A stretch of 64,000 nucleotides of DNA, taken from Burkholderiaceae bacterium (GTDB lineage Bacteria; Pseudomonadota; Gammaproteobacteria; Burkholderiales; Burkholderiaceae). This document shows, in pieces, positions 42,486 to 50,894 of the stretch (position 1 is the stretch's first letter; every line of letters begins with the position of its first letter). The notes beneath the pieces are model-generated. The model did no database searches. It had not been told where the DNA came from and saw only the letters and a program-made list of their open reading frames with translations. Where the stretch lies: contig CANHPL010000007.1 of NCBI GenBank assembly GCA_947462685.1, positions 1,152 through 65,151 of the forward strand. The letters are read 5' to 3'. The position numbers and the translations under genes were made by a program.

Positions 42486-44806
42486 ATCTGTTGTAGCTTT
42501 GCATCTTTAAGTTTAGGCTCTATCGCATGACCTTTTCTGGCTCTTTGCGCTTTAAAATCCATTAAAGTTTTAAAAGTGATATTCACAGATGTTGGCTTTC
42601 CTGCGCGACCTAAGCCGTCCATTTGTAAACCTTTTGAGCCAAATGCTATCGCGCTTTGTAAAGACTCTTTGGAATCAAGATCCATTAATATAACGCCTTT
42701 ACCACCCGCTTGAAGTCGTTTTAAATCCGCGATTTCAAAGGACAATAAGCGTCCATTACCTGAAAGACAGGCAACCATATTCATGCCTTCACGAACAACT
42801 TGTAAAGGTAGAACACGGTCACCACCATCAAACTTTTCATCGACACCAATAAAACTCTTGCCGGCCTTATTACGGGTCATCATGTCGCTGACGTTGGCCA
42901 AAAAGCCATTCCCTGATGCCATCGCGATTAGAAGTAAATCATCACCTGAACCAGCATAATAAGAAACCATCTGCGTTCCAGACACTAAATTAATAAACGA
43001 GGTAAAAGGAGATCCGTCTCCTCTCGCTCCGGGTAAATCAGAAACGGGTACGTTATACGCTCGACCATTACTACCTATACCTATCATGACATCAACGGTA
43101 CGACATTCATAGATAGCAAATAATGCATCGCCAGCTTTAAATGCAAACTGAGAAGCATCATGTCCATGACCTTGACGTGAACGTACCCAACCTTTTTGGG
43201 AAACAATCACCGTGACTGGTTCATCAATAATTTTCGTTTGTACAATGCTTCGTTTTTCTTCTTGAATAAGTGTTCTACGATCATCACCAAAGGTCTTCGC
43301 ATCTGTTTCAACTTCTTTAATGATTTTTTTACGCATGAGAGCATCATTTCCTAACAAACTCTCCAAATCTTCTTTTTCAGATTTCAACTCAGATAACTCT
43401 TGCTCAATTTTAATAGCTTCAAGTCGAGCTAATTGACGCAACCTAATTTCTAAAATATCTTCAGCTTGTCGATCAGACAATTTAAATACCGCCATCAAAT
43501 CAACTTTAGGCTCATCACTATTTCGAATAATTCGAATGACTTCATCAATGTTTAACAGAACTAGTTGTCGACCTTCAAGGATATGCATCCGATCATTCAC
43601 TTTACCTAAACGATGTTTCGTTCGGCGAGTAACCGTCTCAATTCGAAATTGGGCCCATTCTAGGAAAATCGATAAAATCCCTTTTTGACGAGGTCGTCCA
43701 TCTGTACCTATCATGACAAGATTAATTGAAGCATTGGACTCTAAAGATGTATGAGCCAATAAAAAGTTGGCAAATTCTGCTTCGTCAATATTTTTTGTCT
43801 TGGGCTCAAACACCAAACGCACTGCAGCGTCCTTACTTGACTCATCTCGGACCCCATCTAAAAGTGCTAAGGTAGCTTGCTTAAGGGAATTTTGTTCCGC
43901 TGTTAAAGCTTTTTTACCTACTTTAACTTTTGGATTGGTGAGCTCTTCAATTTCTTGTAACACTTTTTGCGTAGAAGTATTAGGTGGTAACTCATTCATC
44001 ACCAATTTCCATTGGCCTCGAGCCATCTCCTCAACAGACCATCTTGCTCTGACTTTTAAACTACCACGTCCTACTTTGTATATTTCTGCAATTTCCTCTA
44101 CAGAAGAAATAATTTGTCCACCACCAGGAAAGTCTGGTCCGGGAATCAAAGACAGAATTTCATCTTCATTCATTCTGGGATTTTTTAATACTGCAATACT
44201 AGCAGCTGCAACTTCTCTTAAATTATGTGATGGTATTTCAGTTGCCATCCCTACCGCTATACCAGATGCACCATTCAGGAGAACAAATGGGAGTCTTGCT
44301 GGCAACAAAGCAGGCTCTTCCATCGTGCCGTCGTAATTCGGAATAAAGTCGACAGTTCCTTGGTTTATTTCATCGAGCAACAAACTAGCAATTTTTGTTA
44401 ATCTTGCTTCGGTGTAGCGCATAGCAGCTGCACCATCGCCATCGCGTGAGCCAAAATTCCCCTGGCCATCAATGAGTGGATATCGAAGACTAAAATTTTG
44501 AGCAAGTCGAACTAAGGCATCATAGGCAGATTGATCACCATGCGGATGGAATTTACCCAAGACATCGCCAACAACCCTAGCACTTTTTACCGGCTTGGCA
44601 TCCGCCTTCAAACTCATTTCATTCATCGAATAAAGAATTCGGCGTTGAACTGGTTTTTGACCATCTGCTAATTCAGGTAAAGCACGACCTTTGACCACAC
44701 TAATCGCATAATCTAAATAAGCGCGCTCTGCATAATTAGCAAGCGTTAATGCATCCGGTGGTTCAGCAGGTATGTTAGAAAATAAATCTGGTTCGTTATT
44801 CGACAT
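42482..44806 (-). CDS. parC: DNA topoisomerase IV subunit A
   Basis: 774 aa with the AAMRYTE active-site Tyr region. Immediately downstream of parE. Confidence 0.93.
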   Translation of the reverse strand: MSNNEPDLFSNIPAEPPDALTLANYAERAYLDYAISVVKGRALPELADGQKPVQRRILYSMNEMSLKADAKPVKSARVVGDVLGKFHPHGDQSAYDALVRLAQNFSLRYPLIDGQGNFGSRDGDGAAAMRYTEARLTKIASLLLDEINQGTVDFIPNYDGTMEEPALLPARLPFVLLNGASGIAVGMATEIPSHNLREVAAASIAVLKNPRMNEDEILSLIPGPDFPGGGQIISSVEEIAEIYKVGRGSLKVRARWSVEEMARGQWKLVMNELPPNTSTQKVLQEIEELTNPKVKVGKKALTAEQNSLKQATLALLDGVRDESSKDAAVRLVFEPKTKNIDEAEFANFLLAHTSLESNASINLVMIGTDGRPRQKGILSIFLEWAQFRIETVTRRTKHRLGKVNDRMHILEGRQLVLLNIDEVIRIIRNSDEPKVDLMAVFKLSDRQAEDILEIRLRQLARLEAIKIEQELSELKSEKEDLESLLGNDALMRKKIIKEVETDAKTFGDDRRTLIQEEKRSIVQTKIIDEPVTVIVSQKGWVRSRQGHGHDASQFAFKAGDALFAIYECRTVDVMIGIGSNGRAYNVPVSDLPGARGDGSPFTSFINLVSGTQMVSYYAGSGDDLLLIAMASGNGFLANVSDMMTRNKAGKSFIGVDEKFDGGDRVLPLQVVREGMNMVACLSGNGRLLSFEIADLKRLQAGGKGVILMDLDSKESLQSAIAFGSKGLQMDGLGRAGKPTSVNITFKTLMDFKAQRARKGHAIEPKLKDAKLQQI

Positions 44807-44821
44807 AAAAATTATTCTTGA

Positions 44822-46810
44822 TTAAATATCAGCCTCTACTTCGTTACCATGCTCTTCTAACCAATTTCTTCTAGCTGAGGATTCTGATTTACCCATTAAC
44901 ATATCCATCATCTTATTGGTGTCAATTAAGTTAATCTCCCCAGTCAATATCGGTAAGAGTCTTCTTGTATCTGGGTTAAGAGTGGTATCCCATAATTGTT
45001 CTGGATTCATCTCACCTAAGCCTTTAAATCTAGAAATTTGCCAGCTACCTTCTTTTAAACCATCTTTTTTAAGCTTATCTTCAATCGCAGTTAACTCACC
45101 ACTATCTAAAGCATATATTTTTTGTGCAGGCTTTTTTCCACGTGAAGGTGCATCTACCCGAAACAATGGAGGCCTTGCAACATAAATATGTCCACGTTCA
45201 ATGAGTTTGGGGAAGTGTTTATAAAAGAGAGTTAATAATAAGACTTGAATATGTGATCCATCCACATCGGCATCCGATAAGATACAGACTTTGCCATAAC
45301 GCAAATTACTCAGGTCAGGATTATCATTGACTCCATGAGGATCTACACCAATTGCAACTGCAATATCATGCACCTCGTTATTAGCAAATAATCGATCGCG
45401 CTCTGTTTCCCAGGTATTTAAAACTTTGCCGCGAAGGGGTAAGATGGCTTGATATTCTTTATTACGCCCCATTTTTGCTGATCCGCCAGCAGAATCACCC
45501 TCAACCAGGAAGATCTCATTAATGACAATATCTTCACTTTCGCAATCAGTTAATTTACCTGGTAGGACGGCAACTCCAGAAGACTTCCGTTTCTCAATCT
45601 TTTGTCCGGCTCGTGTTCTAGCCTGAGCCTGTTTAATAACTAACTCAGCTAATTTTTTACCATAATCAACATGTTGATTCAACCACAGTTCAAGTGCTGA
45701 CTTAACAAATCCTGAAACTAACCTGACAGCATCACGGGAATTCAATCGCTCTTTAATCTGCCCTTGAAATTGTGGATCTAAAACCTTCGCTGATAGAACA
45801 AAAGAGGCTCGTTGAAATACATCTTCCGGCATCAGCTTCACCCCCTTTGGTAAAAGAGCATGCATATCGATAAAACTTTTAACGGCGTTGTATAAGCCTT
45901 CACGCAACCCACTTTCATGGGTACCGCCAGCAGTGGTCGGAATGAGATTGACGTAACTTTCCCGAACTGGAGTACCCTCTTCAGTCCAAGCCACAATCCA
46001 TGAAGCTCCTTCGCCCTGTGCAAAGTTTTCTTCACCAGCACGATCGGGTTCTGCAAAATGTTCCCCATCAAATGCTGGAATGAGGAGCTCACTATGTCCG
46101 GCTTGCAGCATCGCTTCGTCTAGATAGCCCTTTAAGCCATTCTCATAAACCCAAGATTGTTTTTCACCAGATTTTTCTTGGAATAGGGTTACTTTTACAC
46201 CAGGCAACAAAACTGCTTTGGACCTGAGCAAACGCTGTAACTCGGTAAGAGAAATCAAGGCGGAATCAAAGTATTTTGGCTCTGGCCAAGCTCGAACGCG
46301 TGTCCCTGAGGACTTTTCACCTGATGGAATCACTTTACTAGCGATTTTCTCCACTAAAAAACCATGTTCAAATGCGAGTGTGGAATATTGCTTATCCCTC
46401 CAAACTTGAACTTCTAGACGTTTTGATAACGCATTAGTGACGGAAACTCCGACACCATGAAGACCACCTGAGAATGCGTATGCTCCGGCATTGCCTTTTT
46501 CGAATTTGCCACCAGCGTGTAACTGTGTGAAGACAATTTCCACGACAGGTATTTTTTCTTCAGGGTGCATTCCAACAGGAATACCTCGTCCAAAATCCTC
46601 TACACTGATGCTTTGATCAGTATGCAAGGTCAAAATAATCTCTTTACCATGCCCACCTAAAGCCTCATCTGAGGCATTGTCAATGACTTCTTGAATAATA
46701 TGAAGGGGATTATCTGTTCTAGTGTACATCCCTGGTCTTTGTTTAACAGGCTCTAAGCCTTTTAAGACCTTAATGGATGATTCGCTGTATTGTTCTTTAC
46801 GTGTTGCCAT
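44822..46810 (-). CDS. parE: DNA topoisomerase IV subunit B
   Basis: 662 aa with a GHKL ATPase N-terminus (GLHGVGVSV) and Toprim motifs EGDSAGG and PLRGK. No GyrB-type insertion. Confidence 0.93.
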   Translation of the reverse strand: MATRKEQYSESSIKVLKGLEPVKQRPGMYTRTDNPLHIIQEVIDNASDEALGGHGKEIILTLHTDQSISVEDFGRGIPVGMHPEEKIPVVEIVFTQLHAGGKFEKGNAGAYAFSGGLHGVGVSVTNALSKRLEVQVWRDKQYSTLAFEHGFLVEKIASKVIPSGEKSSGTRVRAWPEPKYFDSALISLTELQRLLRSKAVLLPGVKVTLFQEKSGEKQSWVYENGLKGYLDEAMLQAGHSELLIPAFDGEHFAEPDRAGEENFAQGEGASWIVAWTEEGTPVRESYVNLIPTTAGGTHESGLREGLYNAVKSFIDMHALLPKGVKLMPEDVFQRASFVLSAKVLDPQFQGQIKERLNSRDAVRLVSGFVKSALELWLNQHVDYGKKLAELVIKQAQARTRAGQKIEKRKSSGVAVLPGKLTDCESEDIVINEIFLVEGDSAGGSAKMGRNKEYQAILPLRGKVLNTWETERDRLFANNEVHDIAVAIGVDPHGVNDNPDLSNLRYGKVCILSDADVDGSHIQVLLLTLFYKHFPKLIERGHIYVARPPLFRVDAPSRGKKPAQKIYALDSGELTAIEDKLKKDGLKEGSWQISRFKGLGEMNPEQLWDTTLNPDTRRLLPILTGEINLIDTNKMMDMLMGKSESSARRNWLEEHGNEVEADI

Positions 46811-46940
46811 AGTTGGAAATTGTAGCTTGAATATGAATCTCTCTAAAATTCTTTATTTTTAGATTATCCGTTAATGGATCTTAACAAGTGTCAATGTCCC
46901 TTTTAAAACAAGTTCATCATAAAAAAATTATCATAAATAT

Positions 46941-47025
46941 CAATTACTTTGTGAATTGTTCCGAAGGATTTACAATAGTGAATGATTGTCCCTGTTGTTC
47001 AATGGATAAAATAAGCACCTCCTAA
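46941..47025 (+). repeat. Left copy of an 85-bp direct repeat: decayed copy of the tRNA-Arg(CCT) upstream region plus 5' half, ending at the anticodon loop
   Basis: My hand alignment to 48240..48324 shows about 9 mismatches in 85 with no gaps. The pseudo-tRNA part is GTCCCTGTTGTTCAATGGATAAAATAAGCACCTCCTAA. Similarity stops exactly after the CTCCTAA loop. Confidence 0.85.
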
Positions 47026-47230
47026 ACTTTATCCTGACATCGGAGGTATTCTTGGTACACGACCCACTTCGTCCTTCAGAATATTCACATATAACTTTTA
47101 CACCATTTTTCTAGTGATATTTAGAGGTCATGACTGTTTAACTGAATCTACTTTTAAGTTCATTTATTAATGGGGGGATTACCATTTCATATAATCAAAT
47201 TTAAATATTTGTTTGTCATAGGAGAATTAA

Positions 47231-48181
47231 TTGCGAGTTTCTAATAGAAAAAGAGTATTAATTACAGGTGGTGCCGGATTTTTGGGATCACATTTATCTG
47301 AAAGATTACTAAATGACGGTTGTGATGTTATTTGCTTAGATAATTTTTATAGTGGCACAAAAGATAATATTCAACATTTATTAGGCAATCCACATTTCGA
47401 GCTAATGCGACATGATGTTACTTTCCCACTTTATGTGGAGGTTGATGAAATATACAATTTAGCATGTCCAGCCTCTCCTATTCATTATCAAAGAGATCCA
47501 GTTCAAACAACCAAAACAAGTGTTCATGGTGCCATCAATATGCTAGGTCTTGCAAAAAGAACAAAAGCAAAAATTTTTCAAGCATCTACGAGCGAAGTGT
47601 ATGGGGATCCTGAAGTTCATCCTCAAAGAGAGGATTACTGGGGTCACGTAAACCCTATAGGTATTCGGTCTTGTTACGACGAAGGTAAAAGATGTGCCGA
47701 AACGTTATTTTTTGATTATCACCGACAGCATCAATTACAAATAAAAGTGGTAAGAATCTTTAACACTTACGGTCCGAGAATGCATCCAAATGACGGTAGA
47801 GTTGTTAGTAACTTTATCGTTCAGGCCTTAAGTGGTAAAGATATCACTATTTATGGTGATGGTTCACAAACAAGAAGCTTTTGTTATGTTGATGATCTGA
47901 TAGATGGTTTTGTGAAGATGATGGCTTCCTCCGCTGACACTAAAGGGCCATTTAATTTGGGTAATCCTGTTGAGTTTTCAATCAAGCAATTAGCTGAAAA
48001 CGTTATTAGTAAAGTGGGGGGTAAATCCAAAATTATTTATAAAGATTTACCGCAAGATGATCCAAAGCAACGGAGACCTGATATTACCCTTGTAAAAGAT
48101 AACCTAGGATGGGAACCTAAAGTAAACCTTGATGCAGGTTTAGATAGGACTATAGATTATTTTAGAGCATTCTTCAATTAA
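47231..48181 (+). CDS. uxs: UDP-glucuronate decarboxylase (UDP-xylose synthase), extended SDR
   Basis: Starts at TTG preceded by [32 protein letters not shown] and [10 protein letters not shown] blocks are characteristic of UXS. Confidence 0.9.
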   Translation: MRVSNRKRVLITGGAGFLGSHLSERLLNDGCDVICLDNFYSGTKDNIQHLLGNPHFELMRHDVTFPLYVEVDEIYNLACPASPIHYQRDPVQTTKTSVHGAINMLGLAKRTKAKIFQASTSEVYGDPEVHPQREDYWGHVNPIGIRSCYDEGKRCAETLFFDYHRQHQLQIKVVRIFNTYGPRMHPNDGRVVSNFIVQALSGKDITIYGDGSQTRSFCYVDDLIDGFVKMMASSADTKGPFNLGNPVEFSIKQLAENVISKVGGKSKIIYKDLPQDDPKQRRPDITLVKDNLGWEPKVNLDAGLDRTIDYFRAFFN

Positions 48182-48239
48182 TGATCTTTGGCAATCATTC
48201 GATTATTATCGGAAACCCTGTATATGAGAATACGTAGTC

Positions 48240-48324
48240 CAATTACTTTATGAATTGTTCTGAAGGATTTACAATAAGAGATGATTGTCCCTGTAGTTCA
48301 ATGGATAGAATAAGCCCCTCCTAA
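48240..48324 (+). repeat. Right copy of the 85-bp direct repeat (functional tRNA-Arg promoter region plus 5' half)
   Basis: See 46941..47025. It contains TACAAT (48270..48275) 11 nt upstream of the mature tRNA 5' end. Confidence 0.85.
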
Positions 48325-48361
48325 GGGCTAGATACTGGTTCGACTCCAGTCGGGGACACCA
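48287..48361 (+). tRNA. tRNA-Arg (anticodon CCT)
   Basis: GTCCCTGTAGTTCAATGGATAGAATAAGCCCCTCCTAAGGGCTAGATACTGGTTCGACTCCAGTCGGGGACACCA is a 75-nt cloverleaf. Anticodon stem is AGCCC/GGGCT and the loop is CTCCTAA. Confidence 0.92.
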
Positions 48362-48445
48362 ATTACTATTTATTTTCTCTATTTTGGTGCAAATAAGTGC
48401 GTTTAAATTTCTTGTCAAGACCATTAATTGAGAATTTTTAAAATA

Positions 48446-48470
48446 CTTATCCACAGGTTTTGTGGATAAG
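48446..48470. promoter_or_regulatory. Perfect 10-bp inverted repeat carrying two consensus DnaA boxes (TTATCCACA / TGTGGATAA) separated by 5 nt
   Basis: The sequence is CTTATCCACA-GGTTT-TGTGGATAAG. Each arm contains the 9-mer TTATCCACA, which matches the E. coli high-affinity DnaA box consensus. Confidence 0.5.
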
Positions 48471-48651
48471 TAAAACAAAAATCATAAAATATCTAAGAAT
48501 ATTATGGCTTAAGCTGACTTGCTGATTTTTTAAGCAGCGCTTAAAGTCTTAGAGAAATATTTTTTATAAAAAGATTGCTTTTTTATTAAGAATATAAACT
48601 TCTAGTGAAATCCCTAACGAAAAATAATCTGATCTCTTTAACTAAATACCT

Positions 48652-49479
48652 ATGACTAACTATCAATTAAATACAAACTCTAGATCCGCGCTCAGGGAAA
48701 TTATTGAGACCTCATTTAGAAATGTGCCACAAGATTTATTGCCTGTTCAATTAAATGATCAAATCATTGGCTATGTCACTCATACTATTTTTGTAGCAAT
48801 ACAAAAATTCATTGATCTAGAGGAGCAAGATATTAATTTCATTCACTGTGCAAATCAGAAAATTATTATTGATGGGGCAACACCCAACAAACTAAGTATT
48901 GAACTGCGGATACTTGCCCAGTATTTAAGGGAGATTCACCTTCTCACAGGCTGGCGAGAAGAAGAGTTTTCTTTTATTGATGAGCATGCTCATGAGCGCT
49001 TTCGCGTGGAACGAACCTTCTTCCGCGCTTTTGGCTTTCATAGTCGCGCAATTCATATTAACGGCTATAACTCGAAACAACAACTATGGTTAGCACGTCG
49101 CAGCAATACAAAGCATATCGACCCAAATCTTTTAGACAACATTACTGCGGGTGGCATTGGTGCAAATGAAACCTTACTTAACTCCGCTCATCGAGAATTA
49201 CGTGAAGAAGCTGGTATTGGACCTGAACTAGCGCAGCAATTAAACCCGATTAGTTCCATTATTGTGCGAAGAGGATTAACTGATTCAAGCTTACATCATG
49301 AAACTTTATATACTTACGATCTAGAGTTACCTTTAAGTTTCCAACCCCAAAATCAAGATCAGGAAGTTAGTGATTTCATCTTAGTTGATTATGGCCAAGC
49401 TCTGGAATATGTTCTAAATGAAGAGCTGACAATCGACGCTGGAGTTGTTACTGCTGACTTTTTATTACGTCATTGTTAA
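48652..49479 (+). CDS. NUDIX hydrolase with N-terminal extension
   Basis: The Nudix box GGIGANETLLNSAHRELREEAGI fits GX5EX7REUXEEXGU exactly. Confidence 0.85.
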   Translation: MTNYQLNTNSRSALREIIETSFRNVPQDLLPVQLNDQIIGYVTHTIFVAIQKFIDLEEQDINFIHCANQKIIIDGATPNKLSIELRILAQYLREIHLLTGWREEEFSFIDEHAHERFRVERTFFRAFGFHSRAIHINGYNSKQQLWLARRSNTKHIDPNLLDNITAGGIGANETLLNSAHRELREEAGIGPELAQQLNPISSIIVRRGLTDSSLHHETLYTYDLELPLSFQPQNQDQEVSDFILVDYGQALEYVLNEELTIDAGVVTADFLLRHC

Positions 49480-49899
49480 TTTCATCAACACATGTTCTAT
49501 ACCTGCCTCCATAAATATTTCTTGTTCAGCAATAAATCCTAATTTTTTATAAAAAAGCTGACTCATACTTTGTGCATGTATACAACACTCAACTGCCCCT
49601 TGTTTTTTAGCATATTCAATCAATGTCTTCATTAAATATTCGCCGATTCCTGCGCCCCGATATCTATTTAAAATGCACAATCGCCCGATAAAAAAGACCT
49701 TACTATCAATATCTTTTTCAAACACTCTTCCCGTTCCAATAGCTTGACCATCGACCCATAAGAGTGCGTGTCTGGCCTTCAAGTCATATTCATCTTGCTC
49801 CAAATCTAATGGAACACCCTGTTCTTTTACAAAGATTTCAATGCGTATGGCCAACGCAATTTCTTCTGCCTGCTGCCACGTCAAAAGTTGGGTATCCAT
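49465..49899 (-). CDS. GNAT family N-acetyltransferase
   Basis: 144 aa with the acetyl-CoA binding motif RYRGAGIGEYLM. Confidence 0.85.
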   Translation of the reverse strand: MDTQLLTWQQAEEIALAIRIEIFVKEQGVPLDLEQDEYDLKARHALLWVDGQAIGTGRVFEKDIDSKVFFIGRLCILNRYRGAGIGEYLMKTLIEYAKKQGAVECCIHAQSMSQLFYKKLGFIAEQEIFMEAGIEHVLMKLTMT

Positions 49900-49915
49900 A
49901 AATTAGTAGTAAAAT

Positions 49916-49945
49916 TTGCGTAAGAGTAAGAAAAAAAGTTATAAT
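49916..49945 (+). promoter_or_regulatory. Candidate sigma70 promoter for tRNA-Asn
   Basis: TTGCGT (49916..49921), an 18-nt spacer and TATAAT (49940..49945). The -10 element ends 10 nt before the mature tRNA 5' end. Confidence 0.45.
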
Positions 49946-49955
49946 ACTCTTTTAT

Positions 49956-50031
49956 TCCCTGATAGCTCAGTCGGTAGAGCGACGGACTGTTAATCCGCAG
50001 GTCCCTGGTTCGAGTCCAGGTCGGGGAGCCA
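49956..50031 (+). tRNA. tRNA-Asn (anticodon GTT)
   Basis: TCCCTGATAGCTCAGTCGGTAGAGCGACGGACTGTTAATCCGCAGGTCCCTGGTTCGAGTCCAGGTCGGGGAGCCA is a 76-nt cloverleaf with anticodon loop CTGTTAA. Confidence 0.93.
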
Positions 50032-50136
50032 AAAAACTTCACAAGTCCACTTTAAAGTAAACAACATCTGTTAATTCAAGAAAGTTAAGCTTTAAGTACA
50101 TCTAGATTAAAATAAATTAGATGTGGCAAACTCAAT

Positions 50137-50550
50137 ATGATAGGCGACAAAATTTACCTTACACCTTTTGAAAAGGCACTTGCCCGACTCCAAGAGTGAT
50201 GCCTACGCTATCAATTAGATATTAAAGACACTCAAATTCGGGATGGATTAATACAAAGATTTGAGTTTACTTATGAAATAAGCCACAAAATGCTTAAGCG
50301 TTACCTTGAAAGGACATCACCAAATCCTGAGCTAATTGATGCTATGTCTTTTGCTGATTTGATTCGCACTGGAAATGAACAATCCCTGCTTCTTAGTGAC
50401 TGGAATAAATGGAAAGTATTTCGTGAAATGCGCTCAAAATCTAGTTATACTTATGATGAGGGCACTGCTCTTGAAGTAATCTTGGTCATCTCAGACTTTA
50501 TTGAAAAAGCAAAAGTTCTTTTGAATCAATTGCAACTCAGAAATGCCTGA
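50137..50550 (+). pseudogene. HI0074/HepT-like nucleotidyltransferase substrate-binding (toxin-type) gene, inactivated by an in-frame TGA
   Basis: ATG at 50137 opens a frame reading MIGDKIYLTPFEKALARLQE, then TGA at 50197..50199. The same frame continues with CLRYQLDIKDTQIRDGLIQRFEFTYEISHKMLKRYLE... into ORF 50290..50550. The expected Rx4HxY motif reads RSKSSYTY, with His replaced by Tyr. Confidence 0.7.
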
Positions 50551-50863
50551 TCAACTTCCCCCAATTCAAGTGAATGCCTCAAAATGGTAAATCATTCAAA
50601 GTATTCTACAAAAAATAATTTCAAATATTAGAGTTTTAGCTTTTGGATCAAGAGCAAAATTTAATGCTAAACCCTTTTCGGATCTTGATCTAACAATTTT
50701 GACTAATCAAACACACAATCTTTCTGTAATGGCTGATTTACGTGGTACTTTTTCTAACTCAGATCTTCCATTTAAAGTAGATATTGTTGATTAGAATTCC
50801 CTATCTGAACCCTTTCAAATAATCATTAATCAACATTTTGTATTGAGACAAGATTCTTTTTGA
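50543..50863 (+). pseudogene. MntA/HI0073-like minimal nucleotidyltransferase (antitoxin-type) gene with two in-frame stops
   Basis: ATG at 50543 overlaps the upstream stop (ATGCCTGA). The frame reads MPDQLPPIQVNASKW, then TAA at 50588. It continues IIQSILQKIISNIRVLAFGSRAKFNAKPFSDLDLTILT..FKVDIVD, then TAG at 50792, then NSLSEPF.. The GS-x9/10-DLD nucleotidyltransferase motif is present. Confidence 0.7.
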
Positions 50864-50894
50864 AGTCTTTAAGTGAATACTCTCAAGTTTGAAT

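Noticed and set aside
43767-44336. 189-aa ORF antisense within parC. Similar long shadow ORFs occur at 3600..3971 (in lon), 62037..62555 (in the ACAD gene), 17948..18289 (in rimO) and 12759..13079 (in mfd).
   Set aside because: These lie in the opposite strand or an alternative frame of strongly supported conserved genes. Their compositions are low-complexity and Ser/Leu/Pro-rich, typical of antisense frames.
48269-48478. 69-aa ORF on the minus strand
   Set aside because: It is antisense to tRNA-Arg (48287..48361) and runs through the DnaA-box palindrome, so it is not a gene.
50098-50124. 7-bp inverted repeat ACATCTA-N13-TAGATGT just upstream of the decayed HepT-like gene, considered as a possible TA operator
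   Set aside because: It is short and AT-rich, and the downstream genes are pseudogenes, so it is not testable from sequence.
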